The translations under genes were made by a program, and so were the position numbers. This document shows, one piece after another, positions 54,800 to 64,000 of a stretch of 64,000 bases of DNA (its first letter is position 1; every line of letters starts with the position of its first letter). Origin of the DNA: Eledone cirrhosa (taxonomy: Eukaryota); the NCBI GenBank assembly GCA_964016885.1, contig OZ024742.1, positions 214,582,001-214,646,000 of the forward strand, read 5' to 3'. Under the pieces are notes generated by a model. It worked only from the letters and a program-made list of their open reading frames with translations. It was not told the DNA's origin and did no database searches.

Positions 54800-55622
54800 A
54801 TATGTGTATATGGATGTGTAAGTATGTGTATGTGTGTACACATGGACTAGAGTATGTATGTATATATGAGTGTGTCTATACGTGTGTATATAAAGATAAG
54901 TTGAGTATGAAAATGTATACACATGAGCGCGTATGTATGTATATGAATACATGTGTGTATATATATGTGTATGCATGTGTATATATATGTAAGTATGAAT
55001 ATGTGAATTGTGAGTATATGTATTTTGTAGAGGTGTCCAAATATATTTGTGTGTGAATGCGTGGGTGAAAGGATACGTACACTTGAAAGAAAAATTTAAG
55101 TCTGAATGTTAATTAAGTGCAAACACAAAACCAACCACGCATATCTTTACTATCTCTAATCCTTCTATAGATTTAGAAAAATAACCAATAATATATTCTA
55201 TAAAAAATGTCAAAACAACAGATGGGAATCTAATTACTCACTGCCACCAAGAATTCTCACTGCTATCGAAAAACCACTCCTTCAACTATTCTTCTAACAA
55301 CTTCACCCCTCCCTCCTAATATTCTCTATAAAAACTAAATAGGTCCTCAGTAATATTATTCTGATGAAATGACAGTAAATAATAACATTGAAATATTGAA
55401 TGTCTGCATAACTAAAAGTTTGTAGATAGCTGTTTTAGGTTATGTAACTGTTATAGAAACACGTGTCAATAAATTCCTTTCAACTAAACTGTATCCATTC
55501 AAATCTTTCTATTTTTCTCCGGATTACTTTTGGAACTACAACTGGAACCGTCGAGCAAACTCTACGTGAGCTGATAATCTACTGTGTGTAATATTTATAT
55601 TACAACACAACGGAAAATACTG

Positions 55623-55653
<31 letters not shown>

Positions 55654-55885
55654 ATATATATATATAGTTAAAAGAATAGAGGTGTAACACACAAGTTATT
55701 ATATATTTGTAAACGGAATAGAAAATGCTGACAAATTGTTTACAGTGAAAGATAGTTTAATTAGGAGAAAAACAGAATTAGTAATTGTATTGGTTAGTAA
55801 TCAGTTTTGGTTTTAAGTTTTACCGGTTGCGCATTTCTAAATGCTTTTTCAAAAATAATTTTGAGATAGAGCGTCCATGATGTTT

Positions 55886-55987
<102 letters not shown>

Positions 55988-56026
55988 ATATTAATAAATG
56001 GAAACTATATTTATAACACCATATTT

Positions 56027-56089
56027 ATTTCATTATACATATTTCAGGGATACCGCATTAAACTATGGTATGCCTTCATCAGACAAAAT
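56027..56089 (-). ncRNA. Type I hammerhead ribozyme in a solo ORF-less element (~55986-56700)
   Basis: AUUUUGU-CUGAUGA-AGG-C-AUACC..GGUAU-C-CCU-GAAA-UAUGUA-UA-AUGAAAU. The 7-bp stem I overlaps AAUAAA. Confidence 0.8.
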
Positions 56090-56696
56090 ACAATATATAA
56101 CAGTTTTACAAATAGGTTTGACGTACCCTTTAAAATACAACCATTACTTTTGGAGGCTGTCTGGATAGTGATTTGTTCATATAATAAGTCATAGTGTTAA
56201 GCACAATTAGAAAAAGACGGAGAGAAAGAAAGAGAAAAGAACAAAGACAGAGAGAGAGAGAGAGAGAGAAAGAAAAGAGAAAAATAAAAGAGAAAGAAAA
56301 CCTGGAGAAATATCGGGGAGAGAGAGAAAAGTATGGAGAAAAGAAAGAGATAGATAAAGATAGGAGGAAATAAAAAAGAAAGAAAAGGAAGGAATAAGAA
56401 AAACAAAGGAATAAGAAAAACAAAGGAAAGCAACAAAGAGATATCAAGTCATCATACAGAAAGAGAAACTCAAGAGAGAGAAATACTATATAGAGAGAGG
56501 GGGACAGTGACAACTTTACATCATGTCATATTAAGTTAAGTTAACAATTTATATGAAATGAATAATAAAAATATAAATATAAGTATCAATATTCATGAAT
56601 GGGACATAGATATATAATATGAGAAATTAAACATTGTTCAATAATGACCATATTTTTAGTTTAGAAACTTGAGATCAATATACCAAAATCTGATTT

Positions 56697-56755
<59 letters not shown>

Positions 56756-56767
56756 TTATATATATGC

Positions 56768-56829
<62 letters not shown>

Positions 56830-56830
<1 letters not shown>

Positions 56831-58463
56831 AAGAATGAATAATAACAGGTAGGCATCATAAAAAGGTAATTTATTCCGTGTGCTTACAAATGTTTCCACG
56901 GTGGTTGTACAGCCTAGTTATGCTATGTGCAAATTTACAACTATTTTCAAAACTCAATTATCAAATGCTGTGACCACTGTATTATCAGAGCAGAATGGTT
57001 AAAATGTACAATGTAAATACCCTTAAGTGTTATTGGAGAAGATAGAGTAGAAAAGGAAGAGAGAAAAGAAGGGGAGAGGAAGAGAGAGAGAAATATATGC
57101 AGGGGTTGGAGACATAGGAGAGAGTGGTTTGTAGATATCTTAATCAAAATGTTATGGTAGGGGTTTTATTATACTAGTTACTCTTAAAGTGACCACCTTA
57201 AGCGATGCGTTGATAGTCAAGGTTGGAATTATTTATTGCCCCAGAGGGCAGGTTCATAGATGTGGAGAGGGAGGGAGGTAGGCCTAGGGTGAGAGAGAAA
57301 GAGAGTGGAATGGATATAGAGGGAGAGATAGAGAGGGGACAGAAGAAAGCTATGGGGTGGGTGAACTTTGAGTTCGTAGTAGAAATCTGCGAGTTGCACT
57401 AAGTTACCATTTAAGCAGGGTATTGTCTTGTAGTGTGGGGGAACAGAAGGTGGTTAGCTAGAAAGCAATGTTATAGTTACGGGTTCGAATGTTAAGTTAT
57501 TTTATAGTGAGAGAATTTAGCTTTTAGTTTGTGGCTGCAGTATAATGATCGTCCGATTCTATCGTTAAGTAGTTTATTTTGGGATTTTAAGATGTAAAAG
57601 AGTTCAAGGTTACATAACCTACAGTACTTCAATCCACTCCGATATGCACTTGCGCTGGAAAGTATATCCCATTTTAAGGTGAACTGTTGGTTGCATTCAC
57701 GGAGTTGCTAGGTCTTGTTGGCGAGCGTGGTCACAAAACGGTGATCAGGATGTTTAATTGAGAATCGATGACGGTACCAGCGAGATTTAAACGAGGTGGT
57801 GGTAGACCCGATGTAATACCATTTCTGGTCGTTCGATTCAACCGTGCATTGGTAAACAATGTTGGACTTTAGGCATTTATTCTTTAATGGACATCTTTCA
57901 GGTAGATGGCAGTTACAGTTTTTGTTGTGGGTAGCGGGTATACCATGGATAGGTTGTGATAGCAGTACAGGTGGGTTGTGTAATACCAGTCTCCCATTTA
58001 GTGGTTGGGAGGCAGATATTACGTTCTGCCCATCTGTTATCAAAATATTTTGTTTTGTAGTGTTGTTTAATTGCTTTAAGTTAAGTTTTTTATGTATGCT
58101 TCAATGTTTGGTGCCGTGGAGTATGATAGTCTAATAGTTTTAGAGTTCAGAATTTTACTGTATCTATGGGAACTAGGGAAATGCTTGTTGATTAACTTAA
58201 AGAATGAAATAGATAGTTTTGTACTAATCGAGGCATTAAAAATAGGATTATACCATATATACTTTCTACAACGTGATTTATTTAGTGAGGATTTTCTATT
58301 ATTAGTATGTCTGGTGGTACTGCATGTGTGTGCTTGCATTTTAGTCCGCCGGTTACGTAATTCTTGATTTCGTGTAGAGCTATGTGTTTTATGGAGATTC
58401 TTATCAATGTATTCTATTGTATCCCGGTGGTCGGCATTCCTTAATGCATTATTATAGTATTCA
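56830..58463 (-). mobile_element. 5'-truncated Naiad-like PLE related to the 48468 family
   Basis: IWYNP, TIRLSYSTA, CNCHLPERCPL, IVYQC..YYIGSTTTSFKSR and CRLC. Confidence 0.9.
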
Positions 58464-58537
58464 AAAAAAAAAAAAAAAAAAAAAACTTAACTTAAAGCAA
58501 TTAAACAACACTACAAAACAAAATATTTTGACGTGCG

Positions 58538-59916
58538 GTATATGGTCTTTAAAGCGATGAAATACCAATGATGGTTGGAAGATCACTGATGAAGGACTAA
58601 CTTTATTCATATGTAACCCATTAGCAACTACGGAGCACGTTTATTCACATATTTACACATATTTTTTTCCCCCGCTGTAACCCGTCTATTTCGTTCTTAC
58701 TGCTTCCTCTTTCTCTGTATCTTTACCCTCTCTAACAGTCACTCTCTCTGTTAGCCTCTTCCTCACCCTTGACTCACTCACTCTCTGTTACTACCTCTCC
58801 TCCTCCCCCTTCTTCCCGTTTAACCTGTGCGTAATTCTTTTCTTCGCACTCTTGGTCAGGCTGGTTCGCTTTATTTCTCTCTCTCGTCTACAATTTCACA
58901 GAACTTATGTTCACCGAATTCACAGACTGGATTCCTTCTTGCTCCCGTTAGACCTGTACGGAATTCCTTCCTTACTCACATTCCAACCAGGTTTGATGGT
59001 CTTTATTCTCTCTCGTTCACGATTTCACCGAACTTATATTCATGTAAATTTGGCACTTGACTCTTTCCTCCTCACTTTTCGTTGCTTCACCAACTTTGTT
59101 TGTTTACACTCTCGTGTCCCCTTTATTTACGTGTCCCAACGACATTTTTTATCCTTGCTCTCACCAATCGGAGGTATATGATCTTTAAAGCGATGAAATG
59201 CCAATGATGGCTGGAAGATCACTGATGAAGGACTAACTTTATTCATATGTAACCCACTAGCAACCACGCAGCACGTTTATTCACATATTTACACATATTT
59301 TTTCCCCAGCAGTGACCCGTCTATTTCGTTCTTACTGCTTCATCTTTCTCTGTATCTTTACCCTCTCTAACAGTCACTCTCTCTGTTAGCCTCTTCCTCA
59401 CCCTTCACTCACTCACTCTCTGTTACTACCTCTCCTCCTCGTCCTTCTTTCCGTTTGACCTGTGCGTAATTCTTTTCTTCGCACTCTTGGTCAGGCTGGT
59501 TCGCTTTTTTTCTCTCTCTCGTCTACGATTTCACAGAACTTATGTTCACCGAATTCACAGACTAGATTCCTTCTTCCTCCCGTTAGACCTGTACGGAATT
59601 CCTTCCTTGCTCACATTCCAACCAGGATTGATGGTCTTTATTTCCTCTCGTTCACGATTTCACCGGAATTATATTCATAGAAATTTGGGACTCGACTCTT
59701 TCTTCCTCACTTTTCGTTGCTTCACCAACTTTGCTTGTTTACACTCTCGTGTCCCCTTTATTTACGTGTCCCAACGCCTTTTTTTAGCCGTTGCTCGCAC
59801 CAACCGGAGGTATATGGTCTTTAAAGCGATGAAATACCAATGATGGTTGGAAGATCATTGATGAAGGACTAACTTTATTCATATGTAACCCATTAGCAAC
59901 CACGCAGCACGTTTAT

Positions 59917-59920
<4 letters not shown>
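58538..59920. repeat. 635-bp x ~2.2 tandem repeat, moderately diverged
   Basis: Units start at ~58538, 59173 and 59808. Each has an internal ~130-bp sub-duplication. The array ends in (TA)n. Confidence 0.88.
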
Positions 59921-59969
<49 letters not shown>

Positions 59970-59972
<3 letters not shown>

Positions 59973-60132
59973 AGTGTTGGTGGGTCCAAGCAATCAACAA
60001 ACTAGGGTGTAACCTGGCGGAAAGAATCCACGTCACGGGTTACATGAAATATATGCTCAGTATTTGTGTGTTTGTTTGAATATGTTTCCACTGCTTCATA
60101 TCAATCAGAAAAAAAATTGAAGAATCAAAAGG
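59970..60132 (+). repeat. Right arm of the 46120-46279 inverted repeat
   Basis: Reverse-complement match. Contains a UGUAACC/GGUUACA stem before GAAA. Confidence 0.85.
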
Positions 60133-62494
60133 TAACGCAGCTCATATTATTTGTTATTTAAAATTACTTTTAACATAATGTTATATTTTGTATAAATTTA
60201 TTTTCTGATGAAATCATTTGATTACATTTAAGCTGTTGTTTATTTCATGTAATATGACTCATGAAATAAAAATAACTCCAATCAAGAACTACATATTCAA
60301 ATCAGTCAGATTATCACCAGCAACATTGCAAATATTACGTTGTTGCAAAATAGACATATGTAGCAAATATTCGCTTTTTAGCAGCGCCGGAAACGCTTTG
60401 TTTATGTAAAAGTAAGATGCAAACACTACCCACTAATATCATGAAATAGTGTTCGATAGATTAACACATTAGTGTTCCAAACCCGATTCCAATCGATATA
60501 TATCTAATGTATTAATTTCATGTCTGTTTTAAGAGTAATTGTCATATCGAACTGTTGTTGGTCGGAATGATAAGGTTGAAAATTTGACATATAGCTTTAT
60601 AAAATAGCAACAAAATAGTCTGTAATATTTATAATTTAGCTGTAGCGAAACAATCACATTAAATTCAGATTGGGTGAAGAGAAATATAATCTGTCATATT
60701 TCATTGTTTAGACATAAATAGCGTATAATTTATTAAAAAAGTTTTCTCGTTTTCAAAAATTCAGAGACACTAAATATATTCCTACTATAAACAAGCAAAA
60801 ATAACGATATATTTCATTACTTTTAAATGAGTTCAATCAAAATTGAATATAGTATAAATAATGAATAAAACTGGAAGACTAAATGTGCAATTTCTACATG
60901 AATTCATGTTGTATAATGGGAACATTTATTCCTGTAGTTAGATTTGTGATATGTTAGAGCTTCTATATGTATGTTTTGTTAGTGGGGATTTATTTACATT
61001 CTTCTAAGCATTCGTATATTTATGCGACTAACGACGATCTTCAAATTTCAGCGTTCGTACACCGAAACCGGGGTAACTGTTTCTGTACTCACAGTGAAAC
61101 GTATTTTTTGTTTATTATGACATAAGTATACTCTGTATGGGTGCAGCTGCGCCTCTATCTAGTGTTTATGAGTAATAAAAATGGAATATTGGAAATGTTA
61201 ACAGGATGCAGATTACCATGTTAAGGTCGACAATTAAACACCAATAAATTCCTCCTATTACTAAACTTAACTAGAACCCACAATCGCAAGTAAAGTAATC
61301 TTAGATCATATTTATAGACATAGATACCCATTCCAGGTAAATGGACAGTAACATTTTACTGAAATTCAGGTGCTTATAGGAGGTTATAAGGTGCCGTTGA
61401 AAGCAAATCTTGCTAAAAACGTGTGTTTTAAAAAATGTATTATAATGAAGGAAAATAACTCAATGCCGTAAATTTGAAATTTGACATCCTTCGCTTGTTT
61501 GTGATCGTATAGTATAGCAGAAGCATTGTATTATGTGGTGGAATGTAATATAGAGATGGCAATATTTATTACGATATGGAGTAGAGTATTATAGAAAGTG
61601 TATTGTATTATGTAAGTGTGGGAAGAAAGAGAAAAGATATAATATAAGCATATGAATCAAATTCAGGTGGTTGAAAATCAGCTGAATTTGTTGAGTATTT
61701 CCACTTCGCAAGCAGTTGGGTTTTGAGATGGACGCATCATGTAAACATTTCGCTATTTGAAGAGATCTTGTGTGGGAATCCTTTCTCCTTTAATTGTCAG
61801 ACTTTTTCGAAGAGAGCTGTACTGGTTCTTATGCCAGGCTTACTGGATGTGTAGAAACCATGTTTAAAATAATCTTGCACCATACCGATGTATCTTTTAC
61901 TATCTTCGGAATTTTCTCTATTGTCGTGTTCTTAGATTATAATCTAAGCTGCTCTTGAGACATCGAATCAGTTGTGTAGGAGGCAACGATTGAACACATA
62001 ATTATCGTTGGGTATAATTTTGCAGTAAATTATGATCTCATAGATGGTATACGTGACTAGGATATCTTGACGGAATTAGGATTGATTATTTTACAATATC
62101 TATGGTGTTGGGGAAAATGTATATCTAGTAAATATAAACATTTCTTACCTACATATTTATTATCTATGATGATTATCCCGTGTGTCTGGTTACTATCGAG
62201 TTTCACCTATGTATTCAGTGATCAGACTCGACTGAACATTTAATATATTTGACATTTCTGCACTATATTATCATTATCACTTATTTGCCATCATCAACAT
62301 AAGTAGCATTAATATACCAAACACCTCTTAAGTATTCTGTTTTATAGACATCTACTCTCCCGTTTCATTTGACTAAATACACTGTCACCCTCATTATATC
62401 AACATATGCTACATACCTGAAAACTGCCTTTCAGTCAAAACCCCTTCCCACTCATACCACACCCTTTTCTCCTCACCATTCACTTATCTACACA

Positions 62495-64000
62495 GGTTGG
62501 CGCTTGTCGTCGAAAACCTGGTGGGAGAAGCGAAGACATACGCAATCCTGACCAGATCCATACACGACAACCTCCACCTCATGCGATACATCTTAGCGAG
62601 GGTAGGGTTTACACCCGGCTTCGGTGGGGCCCTTATCAACTTGGATCAGTCTAAGGCTTTCGATAGGGTTAACCATCGTTACCTGGATGCGGTGCTCGAG
62701 GCGGCAGGATTCGGACCCGTGTTCAGGGGCTGGATTGCTGCAATGCACAGTAGCAACATCTGCTCAAGGGTCAAGGTGAACGGCTACCTCCCGGAGCCGT
62801 TCCGTATCACGCAATCCATCCGACAGGGATTCCCTCTCTCCCCCTTCTCTACGTACTGACTCTCGAGCTACTACTGCGGAAGTTGAATCTATTGCAGGGC
62901 ATCCCATTAGAACCGGCACTGTGAAAAGCGGCGTCGGCCTACACCGACGACGTTACAGTAATGGTGTCGAGCACCTCGCAAATCGGGGAGATCGGCACCT
63001 TGCAGGAGGAATACGAAAGGTTCACAGTAGCGAAGCTGAACCAGGACAAAAAATTATCGGTTTACAACTCGGAACGTGGAGAGGCAAACCGATGCCTTCC
63101 GATGGCGTCGTCGGACGCTGGACGGAAAGACCGGTAAAGCTGCTCGGGGTCTCGTTTGGTCCGGACCTCCAGGCGGAGAAGAACTGGAACGAGGTGACGG
63201 CGAAGGTGTTTGGGCTCACACAGAAGTGGTCCGAGTGCAAACTATCCTTGAAAGGTCGAGCGGATGTGGCGAACACTTTTATAGCGTCCGGCATCTACTA
63301 CCGTTTGACTGTCGTGTCTTGTCCAGCCAACACGCTCACCAAAATGGAGCGCGCACTCTTCCAAATCCTTTGGAAGAAACGGACTCCGTTGGTGAGAAGA
63401 TCCATCTGCTGCCAACACCCTTCCAACGGAGGGCTGGAGCTGCCGTGGCTGACGATGTGCAAACACGCGCTCAGGCTGCGGCACCTCCACGTATTCCTCA
63501 CCGGACAACCGATGTGGGCCCCGTTCGTGAGACGAGCTTTCCCACGACTCGTCTCGCTGACCGAGCTGCCGTCCTGGGTGGAGCAAAGACCGAAGAAAAT
63601 GGGCGACTGGCACATCGAATGTGCTCAGGCGCTCATAGTCCTCTTGCAAACGGACCCGGCGATCAGTGGAGACACCCCTTCGTCATTCTATAGAGGGTTG
63701 GCCCGCAGCAAGTGCGACGACCGGCTCGGAGAAACTCTAGGCGTAGAGTAGGACGAACTGGCCATTCTGTACGGTAGGATCTTCCGCCCGGGACCGATGG
63801 ACAACTTCCAAAAGTCCCTGGCCTGCAGTGCTACCGAGGAGCTCTACCAGTTCGAGACAAGCTCTACAGACATGGGCGCCCGGGAAGTGACCCTTCGAAA
63901 AAGAACTGTCCGAGATGCGTGCGTGACGAGAAAATTTGAACACTGCCCGGGCGTTACCGACCTGTGGGGCTGTGTAGAACGACTAATGTCGCTGGTGGGA
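62495..64000 (+). mobile_element. Tx1-like LINE, frameshifted RT; runs off the end of the window
   Basis: DQSKAFDRV, IRQGFPLSP, YTDD, KLLGV and LSLKGR. Same family as 29971-31342. Confidence 0.88.

Larger units (their letters stand above)
46953..55627 (+). mobile_element. Young tandem Naiad-like PLE: inverted pLTR piece + pLTR-ORF-pLTR-ORF-pLTR
   Basis: 46953-47191 is the reverse complement of 48065-48303. The pLTRs are 47190-48418, 50795-52021 and 54399-55627. The period is ~3603 bp. (TA)n flanks. Confidence 0.96.

Noticed and set aside
47190-55627. LTR retrotransposon interpretation of the direct repeats
   Set aside because: There are no TG..CA ends, PBS, gag, protease or integrase. The RT + GIY-YIG ORF indicates PLE pseudo-LTRs.
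56870-56970. Possible U3:A8 hammerhead (-) at a PLE 3' end
   Set aside because: GAAA-CAUUUG-UA and AAUAAA are present, but stems I and II could not be paired convincingly.
58555-58600. Type II hammerhead using the upstream GAAA and CUGAUGA
   Set aside because: There is no UH site, and stems I and II do not pair.

Overview
AT-rich eukaryotic repeat DNA with no recognisable host exon. The SINE, the dense (TA)n/(GT)n/(TC)n microsatellites and the TE mix suggest an octopus or other cephalopod; this is an inference. The window is dominated by Penelope-like retroelements (PLEs). One is a very young tandem Naiad-like PLE with an intact 773-aa RT + GIY-YIG ORF (46953-55627). There are also five decayed Naiad-like copies and a GC-rich Neptune-like copy, plus Tx1-like and RTE LINE fragments, three Helitron pieces, a hAT-like transposon and a tRNA-SINE. 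The strongest signal is non-coding: about 15 distinct minimal type I hammerhead-ribozyme (HHR) motifs, found and paired by eye. They occur in (i) ORF-less foldback elements carrying one HHR per arm, (ii) PLE terminal repeats and (iii) a 591-bp retrozyme-like tandem array whose HHR has the compensatory U3:A8 core and a branched domain II. Nearly all of these elements sit in (TA)n tracts, often nested inside one another. All folding and family calls were made manually, without database searches.
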